Part shown: positions 39,150-51,277 of the stretch, piece after piece | Layout of the letters: each line of letters starts with the position of its first letter | Numbering within the stretch: the stretch's first letter is position 1 | Origin: Stegostoma tigrinum | Lineage: Eukaryota | Length of the DNA: 64,000 nt | Direction: 5' to 3' | Assembly: GCF_030684315.1 (NCBI RefSeq) | Contig: NC_081369.1 | Span: 2,532,689 to 2,596,688, forward strand | Notes under the pieces: generated by a model | Databases searched by the model: none | Seen by the model: the letters and a program-made list of their open reading frames with translations, nothing else | What the model was told of the DNA's origin: nothing | Made by a program: the position numbers and the translations under genes

Positions 39150-40169
39150 CTTGGGGATTATAGTGGTGAGCCATGAAATCGGCTTCATTAAATTCCATAC
39201 AATTCCCCCATCTTCAGCAGTAGTATGACACCTGCACCGCAAAACAAATATCGCTTGAACTGGGACAGTGGAGTTACCTAATGGCCTTCCCATTGCCGCT
39301 CGGTATACACATGATCAATATCACAGAGGCGAGACGGGAGAAATGTACTCGTCAAATAAAAACCAAAAGAACTGCGGATGCTGTAAATCAGGAACAAAAA
39401 CAACGTTGCTGGAAAAGCTCAGCAGGTCTGGCTGAATCTGTAAAGGAGAAAAACAGAGTTAACATTTCGGGCCCCGTGACCCGGTTCTGCGGAAGAGTCA
39501 CCAGACCCCGAAACGTTCGATCTGTTTTCTCCTTCACAGGTGCTGCCAGACCTGCAGAGCTTTTCCAGCAACTTTGTTTTTGTTCGTGAAATGTACTCGT
39601 CACTATTCTCGGTTGAGCAGAGGCGAGAATAGGTGTATTAACTTCCATGGATATTGAGACTATGGAAGTAGAATTGCGAAAGCTGGGCAAATAACTGACG
39701 ATGGTATTAAATTAGTCGCTGTGTGGACCAAATCATTAGTCCGTAGAGATTTCGCAAATTGATTTTTGAGCGACAAGGTTTGGAAGTTTGCTAATAGCAC
39801 CCCCACGTGTGACATTTAAGAAATCGCAGGCTTTCCTTGTCAAGCATCATCAGATTAGTTGTCATTTGGCAACAGTACACCAGCGCTTCTTACAGCAAGA
39901 AACTGCCATGACTTGCAATCACCATCAATTGATTCCCAAAGCAAATAAAGTAGGAGCCTTTACTATGTATCATTAAGTGGGTCATATTTAATAGGTGGTC
40001 AGCAAAAGTTTCAGCAGTATGCTCACTGTTATGGTATCCAATTGTTTATATTATTGTTCATTGTTTGTTGACCATTTTATGTGCCCGTGTAATGGCCTGT
40101 AAACGATACCGCAAGTATAAAGAACTTGTAGCTGTTGAGCAGCATGTCCGTGCTTATACAAGGTTTTGA
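39150..40169 (+). pseudogene. env: ERV env remnant
   Basis: With the 39355-39602 insertion and TSD removed: RRDGR/NVLVTILG*AEARIGVLTSMDIETMEVELRKLG (cleavage site, fusion peptide, heptad). At 39975-40169: KWVIFNRWSAKVSAVCSLLWYPIVYIIVHCLLTILCARVMACKRYRK (membrane-proximal Trp motif, TM, basic tail). Confidence 0.65.
39355..39587. mobile_element. Palindromic Penelope family B mini-element with 15-bp TSD
   Basis: gaaatgtactcgtca at 39340-39354 and 39588-39602; inverted arms; ~36-nt unpaired tail on the left only. Confidence 0.92.
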
Positions 40170-40859
40170 CGATCTGTTTTGAAGATGTCAATGGGTGTTG
40201 TGCAGTGTGGGCTTAAAAATGACATCTCCAATAAGGGTTTACAAATAAGGGTTAATTGGGCATGAAAATCAGCAATTGAAGACAAGAGGAAAATGACAGG
40301 TTTAGTGTAACAACGGCCTTCTTTGGCTGGGAGGTAACTGCATGACCTTGGCTGGGTGGGAAACAGAATAATGTGCAGATAAAAAGGAGCCATCCGGCAG
40401 ATTTTTTTTCAACTTGTTTTCAACTGCAGGAAACACGCGATAAGTTCTGTGAAATGGTGCTACAGCATGTAACAGTAGATTCAGAACAGCATTAAAATCG
40501 GGAACTATGCCCCAGTCATTGGACTTTCACCGTTGGGTTGGAGTTCTGGAGACGGGCATCATGGAATCTGAGACAGAGTTCCAAGTGCCGTCATCGCCGA
40601 AGTCCCCGCCGAGTCCGAAAGGCAGTATGTGAATCACTTTTTAAACGTATATCTGCGATGTTTAACCAAACCATTTAACTTGAATATGTGTCCATAATTT
40701 AAAATTTCAACGATTAATTCAGAAACGAATGAAATATTCACCAAATAAATTAGCTATATAATGAGTTCGCTCGTCTCCTTGTAATCATTTCAATCACACT
40801 TTAAAATGGCCCCGTTAGATAGAGTTGGCCTAACAACACAGAAGGACTTGATTGCGCTG

Positions 40860-41320
40860 GGTAGGGTGCAAAGGAGATTCACCAGGATGCTGTCTGGTTG
40901 GGAACATTTTAGCTGTGATGTTTCTGGAGAAGCATGGATTGTTTTCTTTCGAGCAGAGAAGGTTGGGGGGAGCCCTGATTGAGGTGTCTATGATTATGAA
41001 GGCAGGAACAGGGTGGTTTTTCTTTAAAAAGAAACAGCTGTTCCCTTTAGTTGAAGGGTGAATAACGTGAGGTCACAATGTGCAGAGGGAAATGCAAGAG
41101 GTTTAGAACAAAATGGAGGATTTTTTTTCACCCGCGAGGGTGTTGGGTATCAGGAATTCACTGCCTGGGAGGCTAGTGCAGGTGGGAAACCTTTTAAGAA
41201 ATGTACGTAAACGAGGAAGTAAAATAGCACAACATTCAGGGCTCCGGACAAAGGGCTAGAAAGCGTGATTAGTGTAAATATGTGGGCTGCACATATGGGT
41301 TTTTCTGCGCAGTATGACCT
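40860..41320 (+). mobile_element. CR1 LINE 3' fragment
   Basis: agggtgcaaaggagattcaccaggatg and LFSFEQRRLGGALIEV. Confidence 0.8.
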
Positions 41321-41384
41321 GCTGATATTCCTTTCGCAGTCAGCAAGGACTGTAGTTGCTAGTAGCTAGAATCAATAAATGTGG

Positions 41385-41512
41385 AAGTGGAAAAGCACAG
41401 CGGCTCAAACAGCATTGCAGGAGCAGGAAGGTCAACATTTCGGGCCGAAACATTGACTTTCCTGCTCCTCGGATGTTCCCTGACATGCCGTGCTTTTCCA
41501 GCTCCACACTTA
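41385..41512. mobile_element. Palindromic Penelope mini-element
   Basis: Centre caggaaggtcaacatttcgggccgaaacattgactttcctg; arms ggaaaagcac / gtgcttttcc. Confidence 0.75.
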
Positions 41513-42061
41513 ATGATTGATTTTCCTCTCTATCTCGTTGTCCTTCCTTGACGTATCCGGTTAATGAATTTATCACTGAATGTATCTTCAGAAATGAATT
41601 GCAACATTGTGAATTTATACAAATGATGGGGCCTCTCAATAACGAATATTCACGTTTGGCTGTACCCCACCTGACACTATACGCCACACGTTAGGAAGAA
41701 GCTGAAGAAAGGAAACCTTTAACCATACAATAGTGACAAATTTCGGGATTGACATAATCAGACAAGATGCATGTATTTTCATAAGAGATCTTGCAGTGGT
41801 AGCGGTGAGCGGAAAATTATAACACGGACAGACAACTGCAGTTATAGCAAAATGTAGGCCTAGATACTGTTGGAGTCCGTATCCAGTCACATGACTCACC
41901 AGGCTCGGGTGCAATATCGGCTGGACCAATACAAAACTCCATCCTTTAATTTTTTACCCCTGTTCACAAAGCGAAACTTTCTTTCTTCGAGCACATTTTT
42001 CTCAGAATTTCAATTCAGCCACAGGGTACAACTCAGGCCCTTTCCAAGAAAACACATGTTT

Positions 42062-42365
42062 CGGTGGCACGGTGGCTCAGTGGTTGACACTGCTACCTTC
42101 CAGGTCCAGGGATCCGTGTTCGAGATGGTGACTGTCTGTGTGGTGTTTGCACATTCTTCCCGGGCCCGAGTGGGTTTTTACCGTTTCCTCCCGCAGTCCA
42201 AAGATGTGCAGGTTCGGTGGATTGGTCATTGTCCACAGTGTCCAGGGATCTGCAGGTAAAGGTGGGTTGGCCCGGGAATGCGGGGTGGCGGTATGGTGGG
42301 ATAACAAGGATAGGGTAGGAGACTCCTCGGAGGGTCGATACACGACACCGGTGGGATTCCATAGT
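42062..42365 (+). mobile_element. HE1-like SINE
   Basis: cggtggcacggtggctcagtggttgacact head and V-domain core. Confidence 0.88.
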
Positions 42366-42511
42366 TCGAAGGCATTTGCAATTTAATTAAGGTTTGAAAA
42401 ATACTAGGACTTATTAAAGTACTAATGCCAATCGTGCATAAACTTAAATGAGTATTTTCCTTGTTCATTGGATCGATGACTATATTATGTAAAAAGTCAA
42501 AGTTTTTATTT

Positions 42512-42690
42512 CCAGTGTTGGACTGGGGTGGACAAAGTCAGAAGTCACACGCCACTAAGTTATAGTCCAACAGGTTTATTCGAAATCACAAGTTTTGGAG
42601 TGTTATTCCTTCGTTAGGTGAAGTGCAGCGCTCCGCAAGTTTGTCATTTCAAATAAACCTGTTGGAATGTAACACGTGGCTTCTGACTTA
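42512..42690. mobile_element. Palindromic Penelope family C mini-element
   Basis: Arms aagtcagaagtcacac...tccaacaggtttattcgaaatcaca / tgtcatttcaaataaacctgttgga...gtggcttctgactt; related to 51278-51620. Confidence 0.7.
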
Positions 42691-42751
42691 ATTCTTGAAT
42701 GTAGCAGTTTGTCTGATTAAATGAAATTGTTGGCCCGCCGGCTAACGAATG

Positions 42752-42892
42752 AGAGAAAGTGGGAACTGCAGATGCTGGACAATCTAAGATCTGCTTTCTG
42801 AAGCAGGGTCTAGGCCCAAAACGTCAGCCTTCCTGCTCCCCTGATCCTGCTTGGCCTGCTATGTCATTCCAGCTCGACACCTTGTTATCTCA
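42752..42892. mobile_element. Penelope family A rearranged 3' fragment
   Basis: Tail gggaactgcagatgctgga followed by plus-strand ctgaagcagggtctaggcccaaaacgtcag. Confidence 0.75.
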
Positions 42893-44079
42893 GCTAATGA
42901 ATGATGTGGATATGCTTAAATTTGCTGATGTTTCGGGCAGCCGTGGTACAAGGTTTCCACTTTCCCTGACGGAGACACCCATTGACATTCATGAAGACGC
43001 TGTACTGAATATTTCGCTCAGAAATCCAGCAAATCCAAGACGGCACCATGGGCATGGAACGCATGTGAAGCTGTAGATCAGTGATTGCCTCAGTCTGCTC
43101 CTGTTCTTTAGTTCCGAAGTGCATTTAGACGTAAATTGAGATGTGTTTGTTTAAGATGTCCAGTGCAAATAAATAATAGTCCAGAACATTTTGTTTATTC
43201 TCTGTTTGGGGGAATTCCTGACAATTAATCTCAAGAGGCAGTGTTTCTTTCTTGAAGCTTTAATACAATGAATGTCTTGTCTTCAGTTTCACTGCATTAT
43301 CCTGATGCCGTCCTTCCCACTTCCGTGGGAACTGTAGCCATTCAGGCAAGTAAAGAGATTTCAGCAAAGTCCTGAATTCTGCAGTTTAGAGAGAAGTAAT
43401 GCACTTCCAAGCAATGATATGGATCGACAAACAGCGATCCCCTGCCCTGCTTCTGAAAATCTCCTGTATTCCCTCTGAAACTGCTCACTCGGTTTATCCG
43501 CGCCTCGTTGACCACAGCGGATTAAGAAGGCAGCCGAGGCGGTTTTCTCAGGAGTACTTAGGGGTTTCCAAGAAACACTGGCCCAGCCAACAACGTCCAC
43601 ATTCCGTAAAACCAACACAATAAAGTTGTGTTTTCAGTTTCATTTCAAGAGCCAATCCGTTAATGATGTCTGGAAAGAACATAAAGGCCCTGGCAGAGAA
43701 AAAAATTGTCACGGGCTATAAATGCATTAGGTTGCTCCTAACATTGTTAAATAAAACACGGACAAAAACTGACGTTGCTGTAAAAGCTCATCAGGTGTAG
43801 CAGCATCTGTGATGGAAAGATCAGAATTAACTTTTCGAGTCCGGTGACCCTTTTTCCAGTAACTGACACTTATCTAAAGTGTCAGACAGATGTTTGTCTG
43901 CAACTGTCCAGAAAGGCCATGGTAAAGCATTTGTGTAGTCCTGAAGCTGAGATCTTCAACAATTGACCTGATTTTATCAGTTCTCAAATTCGAGAAATGC
44001 GGCATTTTGAGCTGATCATCTGGTGGTCGTATTAAACACCTTTTTGTGTGTAGAGCAAACAGCTGCAGCTATTGTGCTG

Positions 44080-44700
44080 TTTATCATTACAAAATATAAA
44101 TAACTGAAAGCTAAAACTGATCAAAACCGAGCGAGTGAAATAAAAGTGCTTGCAACTTTTTAATAGAAGTGTGAAACCTGCAGTAGAGCAAAGTTGTCTT
44201 TCGTCACCTGAGGTGAACTCTAGAATGTTTCCACTTGCTTGTCGGCTCGGCTGATTGGGACGCATTGCACAATAAACCGACATGTCGCTGGCTCATCGCC
44301 TGCTCTCTGAGTCAGGAGGACCAACATGTCCGTTCAGTGCTTTTGCTAATACGCTGTGCATAAAAAAAAACAAAACGCATTTCTGTTTTGAAGTGACTTC
44401 ATGTCAGACTATGAGGTGTGTGTATATTTTCAGTGAATTAACTGAAATACGTTCAACAGCCATTTCAATGTAGCATCTACCTTCGAAGCATCATCGTGTG
44501 TTTCTCACCTCAGACTCTAACGTTGGAAACGCAGGGCAGTATCCAGTGCAAGGCTGACCGAATAAATTGACATCAAAGTTTCCAGGAAAATAGCATCTTA
44601 TGAAGAGGTGTGAACTTTGTTTATTCTTTTACGGATAAACTAAAGTTAATTGTCATTTCAGACGAGGCATCAACTTTGAACCCCTGCAGTTTGGAAAGAG
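44080..44700 (-). pseudogene. Inverted paralog of the receptor 5' region (candidate decayed leader exon 44633-44670 and intron 1)
   Basis: Reverse complement aligns with 58300-59260 (e.g. acatgtcggtttattgtg, gcaagtggaaa.att.taga, gatgct.ttttcctg, tatattttg). Confidence 0.55.
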
Positions 44701-44839
44701 CCCATTCAGTCCGTCGAGTACGTACTGATCGTCTGAACAACTTCTCACCCAATGGCCCAGCTGAAAATTCACCAAATTACATCAAATCTTGAATAAGGTC
44801 TGGTACAGTCCAAACCGTATTTACATTGCGCCTGCCTTT

Positions 44840-45153
44840 GAATCATATCCTTATAGTGCGGTGAGAGGCCTTTTACCTATCGAGTCCGCACCGACCATTC
44901 AACAGGCATCCCACCCAATCCCCGGAACCTTACATTTATCATGACTCACCCACCTATCTTGTAGACAACAGACAATTTGCATCACCAATCCACCGAACCT
45001 GCGCAGCTTTGGCTTGTGGGAGGAAACCGGAGCATCCGGAGGAAACCCAGGCAGACACGGGAGAATGTGCAAACTGCACACAGACAGTCGCCCGAGGGTA
45101 GAATCTATCCTGGGTCCCTGGTGCTCTGAGTCAACAGTTTGCCACATGCCGCC
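44840..45153 (-). mobile_element. HE1-like SINE
   Basis: gtgggaggaaaccggagcatccggaggaaaccc core. Confidence 0.88.
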
Positions 45154-45612
45154 CAATCAGTAACTTGCGATGGGATCAGGAAATAAATTAGTAGAATTAT
45201 TCAATGGGATTAGGAGAGAAGTAATCCAAAATGCAACTGAGATCGTAAATATAAACAAAGAGAGCAAAACAAAATTCCGGTGTTTAGTCGACGGTCTTCA
45301 CTGGGATTACTTTGTGCACAAGCACATTCTGTTGTTTACACATCAGTATTTCTATGATGGGAGGCTCGAGTGAAGTTTTGACTCAGCAAGTTGTCAATTT
45401 CTGCCAGATGCACTGCCGAAATTCACCAAAGATCCTCAGATATTACGGTCCAAATCCAGGACCACGTCTGTCTGGAAGGAAAAGGGCAGCAGGTACATGG
45501 GAACACATTCACATCCAAGTTCCCCTACAAATCACTCACCATCCTGACCTGGAAATATATTGTGTTCCTTCACTGCTGTTGGGTCAAAATCCTGGAATTC
45601 CCTTGCTAACCT

Positions 45613-47235
45613 TTGAAGAGCAGGTGTGCATGCTGGAATGGATAGAGATAGAGGAAGCTGATGTGCTGAAAATTTTGTCAAACATTAAGATTGACAAGTC
45701 GCCAGGTCCGGACCAGATTTGTCCTCGGCTGCTTTGGGAAGCGAGAAATGAAATTGCTTCACCACTTGCGAAGATCTTTGCATCCTCGCTCTCCACTGGA
45801 GTCGTACCTGAGGACTGGAGAGAGGCAAATGTAATTCCTCTCTTCAAGAAAGGAAATAGGGAAATCCCCGACAATTACAGACCAGTAAGTCTCACGTCTG
45901 TCGTCTGCAAGGTGTGAGAAAGGATTCTGAGGGATAGGATTTATGGCCATATGGAAGAGCATGGCTTGATCGAATACAGTCAACACGGCTTTGTGAGGGG
46001 TAGGTCATGCCTCACAAACCTTATCGAGTTTTTTGAGGATGTGACTAGAAAAGTTGATGAGGGTCGAGCTGTGGATGTGGTGTATATGGACTTTAGTAAG
46101 GCATTTGATAAGGTTCCCCATGGTAGGCTCATTCAGAAGGTCAGGTAGAATGGGATACAGGGGAACTTAGCTGCTTGGATACAGAATTGGCTGGCCAACA
46201 GAAGACAGTGAGTGGTAGTAGAAGGAAAATATTCTGCCTGGAAGTCAGTGGTGAGTAGGGTTCCACAGGGCTCTATCCTTGGGCCTCTACTGCTTGTAAT
46301 TTTTATTAATGACTTGGATGAGAGGATTGAAGGATGGGTCAGCAAGTTTGCAGACGACACAAAGGTCGGAGGTGTTGTTGACAGTATAGAGGGCTGTTGT
46401 AGGCTGCAGTGGGACATTGACAGGATGCAGAGATGGGCTGAGAGGTGGCAGATGGAGTTCAACCTGGATAAATGCGAGGTGATGCATTTGGGAAAGTCGA
46501 ATTTGAAAGCTGAGTACAGGATTAAGGATAGGATTCTTGGCAGTGTGGAGGAACAGAGGGATCTTGGTGTGCAATACATAGATCCCTCAAAATGGCCACC
46601 CAAGTGGACAGGGTTATGAAAGCATATGGTGTTTTGGCTTTCATTAACAGGGGGATTGAGTTTAAGAGTCATGAGATCTTGTTGCAGCTCTATAAAACTT
46701 TGGTTAGACCGCACTTGGAATACTGCGTCCAGTTCTGGTTGCCATATTATAGGAAAGATGTGGATGCTTTGGAGAGGGTTCAGAGAAGGTTTACCAGGAT
46801 GCTGCCTGGACTGGAGGGCTTATCTTATGAAGAGAGGTTGACTGAGCTCAGTCTCTTTTCATTGGAGAAAAGGAGGAGGAGAGGGGACCTAATTGAGGTA
46901 TACAAGATAATGAGAGGCATAGATAGAGTTGATAGCCAGAGACTATTTCCCAGGGCATAAATGGCTAGCACGAGGGGTCATAGTTTTAAGCTGGTTGGTG
47001 GAAAATATAGAGGGGATGTCAGAGGCTGGTTCTTTACACAGAGAGTTGTGAGAGCATGGAATGCGTTGCCAGCAGCAGTTGTGGAAGCAAGGTCATTGGG
47101 GTCATTTAAGAGACTGCTGAACATGCATATGGTCACAGAAATGTGAGGGTGCATACATGAGGATCAATGGTCGGCACAACATTGTGGGCTGAAGGGCCTG
47201 TTTTGTGCTGTACTGTTCTATGTTCTATGTTCTAA
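45613..47235 (+). mobile_element. CR1 LINE (1.6 kb of ORF2 RT) inserted into an older L2/Crack-like LINE (45380-45610 and 47236-47350)
   Basis: KSPGPDQI, NYRPVSLTS, QHGFVRGRSCLTNL, YMDFSKAFDKVPH, VPQGSILGP, KFADDTK; (ttctatg)n tail. Confidence 0.96.
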
Positions 47236-47354
47236 TGACATTGTGGGTCAACCCACAGCAGGTGGACCACATCTGGTCGAGAAGACAAATCACTGCATCC
47301 TTCTCAAGGGCAAGGAATGCTGGTCAGTCAGCTGAACTCAGCCAATTGTGGCCT

Positions 47355-48516
47355 CACGGGAGGCTGATGAGCAAGGTGAGGGCCCATGGTGTTCGAGGTG
47401 AGCTACTGGCTTGGATGGAGGATTGGCTGTCTGACAGAAGGCAGAGAGTTGGGATAAAAAGCTCTTTTTCAGAATGGGAACCAGTGACGAGCGGTGTCCC
47501 GCAGTGTTCAGTGTTGGGGCCGCAGCTGTTCACTTTATATATTAATGATCTGGATGAAAGGACTGAAGGCATTCTGGAGAATTTTGCCAATGATACGAAG
47601 AAGTTGGACAGGCAGGTGTCCTGAGGAGGTGGGGAAGCTGCAGAAAGATTTAGACAGTTTAGGAGAGTGGTCCAGGAAATGGCTGATGAAATTCAGCATG
47701 GGCAAATGTGAGGTTTTGCACTTTGGAAAAATGAATACAGGCCTGGACTATTTTCTAAAGGGTGAGAAAATTCGTAAAACAGAAGTACAAAGGGATCTGG
47801 GAGTGTTGGTCCAGGATTCTCTAAGGGTTAACTTGCAGATAGAGTCTGTGAGTAAGAAAGTGAATGTAACATTGTCATTTATCTCAAGAGGGTTGGAATA
47901 TAAAAGCAGTGATGCGCTGCTGAGAATTTATAATGCTCTAGTTGGGCCCCATTTAGAATACTGTGTCCAATTTTGGGCCCCACACCTCAGGAAGGACACA
48001 CTAGCCCTGGAGCGTGTCCAGCGGAGATTCATGCGGATGATCCCTGGAATGGTAGGTTTAATGTTTGATGAACGGCTAAGGATCCTGGGGTTATATTCAT
48101 TAGAGTTTAGAAGGTTGAGGGGAGATCTAATAGAAACTTACAAGATAATGTATGGCTTAGAAGGGGTGGATGCTGGGAAGTTGTTTCCATTGGGCGGGGA
48201 GGCTAGGACCCGTGGGCACAGCCTTAAAATTAGAGGGGGTAAATTTAAAATGGAAATGAGATGACATTTCTTCAGCCAGAGAGTGGTGGGCTTGTGGAAT
48301 TCATTGCCATGGAGTGCAGTGGAGGCCGGGACAATGGATGCCTTCAAGGCAGAGATTGACAAATTCTTGATCTCAGAAGGAATCTAGGGCTCTGGGGAGA
48401 GTGCAGGGAAGTGGAGTTGAAATGCCCATCAGCCACGATTTAAATAGCGGAGTGGACTTGATGGGACGAATGGCCTTACTTCCACGCCTATATCTTATGG
48501 TCTTATGGTCTTATGA
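47355..48516 (+). mobile_element. CR1 LINE, 5'-truncated
   Basis: [16 protein letters not shown] and PHLEYCVQFWAP; (cttatggt)n tail. Confidence 0.95.
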
Positions 48517-48601
48517 CCTTGTTGTCAAGAGAAGTCACCTCTCCCTCATGCTTGGTTATTTTCTTTTTCCCAGAGAGTCAAGGAGCATGGAAATAAATCC
48601 T

Positions 48602-50108
48602 AGATAACAAAGTGTGGAGCTGGATAAACACAGCAGGCCAACCAGCATCTCAGGAGCACAAAAGCTGATGTTTTAGGCCTAGACCTTCATCAGAGAGGGG
48701 GATGGAGAGAGGGAACTGGAATAAATAGGGAGAGAGGGGGAGGCGGACCGAAGATGGAGAGAAAACAAGATAGGTAGAGAGGAGAGTATAGGTGGGGAGG
48801 TAGGGAGGGGATAGGTCAGTCCAGGGAAGATGGACAGGTCAAGGAGGCGGGATGAGGTAGTAGGTAGAAAATGGAGGTGCGGCTTGAGGTGGGAGGAAAG
48901 TATGGGTGAGAGGAAGAATAGGTTAGGGAAGCAGAGACAGGCTGGGCTGGTTTTGGGATGCACTGGGGAAGGGGAGATTTTGAAGCTTGTGAAGTCCACA
49001 TTGATACCATTGGGCTGTAGGGTTCCTAAGCGGAATATGAGTTGTTTTTCCTGCAACCTTCAGGTGGCATCATTGTGGCACTGCAGGAGGCCCATGATGG
49101 ACACGTCGTCTGAGGAATGGGAGGGGGAGTTGAAATGGTTTGCGACTGGGAGGTGCAGTTGTTTGTTGCAAACTGAGCGGAGGTGTTCTGCAAAGCGGTC
49201 CCCAAGCCTCCGCTTGGTTTCCCCAATGTAGAGGAAGCCACACCGGGTGCAATGGATACAATATACCACATTGGCAGATGTGCAGGTGAACATCTGTTTG
49301 ATATGGAAGGTCATCGTGGGGCCAGGGATGGGGGTGATGGAGGAGGTGTGGGGGCAAGTGTAGCACTTCCTGCGGTTGAAGAGGAAGGTGCCAGGTGTGG
49401 TGGGGTTGGAGGGGAGTGTAGAGTGGACAAGGGAGTCACGGAGAGAGTGGTCTCTCCGGAAGGCAGACAAGGGTGGGGGTGGAAAAATGCCTTGGGTGGT
49501 GTGGTCGGATTGTAGATGGCAGAAGTGTCGGAGAATGATATATTGTACCCGGAGCTTGGTGGGGTGGTATGTGAGGATGACTGGATCCTCTGGAGGCGGT
49601 TGTGGCTGGGGCGGGGTGTGAGGGATGTGTTGCGGGAAATATGGGAGACCTGGGCAAGGGCGTTCTCGACCACTGCGGAGGGGAGAGTTGCGGTCCTGGA
49701 AGAACGTGGACATCTGAGATGAGAGTCGAGTGGAATGCCTCATCCTGGGAGCTGATGCGGAGGAATTGGGCATCGGGGATGGAATTTTTGCAGGAGGGTG
49801 GGTGGGAGGAGGTGTATTCTAGGTAGCTGTGGGAGTCAGTGGGCTTGAAATGGACATCAGTTTCTAGCTGGTTACCTGTGATGGAGGCTGATAGGTCCAG
49901 GAAGGTGAGGGATGTGTTGGAGATGGCCCAGGTGAACTTGAGGTTGGTGTGGAAGGTGTTGGTGAAGTGTTGAACTGTTTGAGCTCCTCTGGGGAGCAAG
50001 AGGCGGCGCCGATACAGTCATCAATGTAATGGAGGAAGATGTGGGGTTTGGGGCCTGTGTAGGTGCGGAAGAGAGACTGTTCCACATAACCTACAAAGAG
50101 GCAGGCAT
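48602..50108 (-). mobile_element. Penelope family A, 5'-truncated
   Basis: RT (FLHYIDDCIG) and GIY-YIG (VYCIHCTRCGFLYIGET) with frameshifts; the 3' end lacks the ~35-nt tail. Confidence 0.94.
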
Positions 50109-50159
50109 ATCCTTCAGTCCAAAATGTCCACTCTGACCATTTTTCCAAAAAACTTCCAC

Positions 50160-50530
50160 TCTGAACAATTTTCCCAAACTAATCCAATTTGCTTGCATTG
50201 TACATGCAATCATCACTTCCTGTGGCAGTTCATTCCAGACATGACCCAGACTCTGTGTGAAAACATATCCTCATATCCCTGTTAAATCTTTCTCCTCTCA
50301 CCTTAAAACTGGGACCCCAAGTTTTGAACTCCTTGGCCTTAGGGAAAAGACCTTTGCTATTTGCCTTATTTATGCCCCTCATGATTTTATAAACATCTCT
50401 CATGTCCACCCCTCAGACTCCTACGCTCCAGTGAAGAAAGTTCCAGCCAATCCAGCCTCTCTTCATAACTCCAACACTCCAGTCCCAGTAACATGTTTTT
50501 AATTCTTTTCTACACCCCGTCTAATTTAAT
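50160..50530 (-). mobile_element. CR1 LINE 3' fragment
   Basis: Reverse complement of the CR1 ORF2 C-terminus (ttctcctctcaccttaaa, cctcatgattttataaac). Confidence 0.7.
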
Positions 50531-50537
50531 AACATAA

Positions 50538-50848
50538 TAGATCATAGAATCCCAACAGTGAGGAAACAGGCCCTTCAGCCCTACAAGTCCACACCAACAC
50601 TCAGTGCACTCACCCAAAACCATCTCCCTATAACCCAACAAATCTACACATCCCTGAACACTATGGGAAATTTAGCATGGCTAATCCACCTCCCCTGCAC
50701 ATCTATGGACTGTGGGAGGAAACCAGAGCACCCAGAGAAAATCCACGCAGACACAGGAAGAATGCACAATCTCCACACAGTCGCCCAAAGGTTGAATTGA
50801 ACCCAGGTCCCTGGTGCTGTGAGGCAACAGCGCTAACCACTGAGTCAC
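50538..50848 (-). mobile_element. HE1-like SINE
   Basis: ggactgtgggaggaaaccagagcacc core. Confidence 0.88.
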
Positions 50849-51277
50849 ATCCTTCTAGAACTGTCACCAGTAATCAAAAAGTGGTCTCACCAAAGTCCTG
50901 TATAACCTGATCCCAGTCTTTAATGAATCAAGAGCTGAGTAGAAATTGAATTAAGCATCATTGAGCTGGCTATTGATGGACCAGTGCGAGCACTATGGGT
51001 TTCAGCCATCTTTTTAGAGATGAATGAGATGATCCTGATAGGACTGCAATTGGGTGAGTTCATTCTGAGGGCCTTCCTCAGAGAAAAATATAATCCTCCT
51101 CCCTGTCCAAAATGGCCACAACAAATTTATAAACAGTATCCCCTAGATCAGGACTCACCCTCACTCATTGAGGCACAAAGCACAGACAATGCTGGAGAGA
51201 GAATCAGAATGAACACTTTGAATGTGGTTTGGTAACTTCAGTCATATCAGATTTGAAATGGTAACTGTTTTTGTGGA

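Larger units (their letters stand above)
33100..40838 (+). mobile_element. Class III endogenous retrovirus (ERV-L/ERV-S-related), internally deleted and interrupted by later insertions
   Basis: In order: LTR end ...CA (33245), PBS (33248-33265), gag remnants, protease N-terminus fused to RT, env remnants, PPT-like tract and 3' LTR (~40201-40838). Confidence 0.85.
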
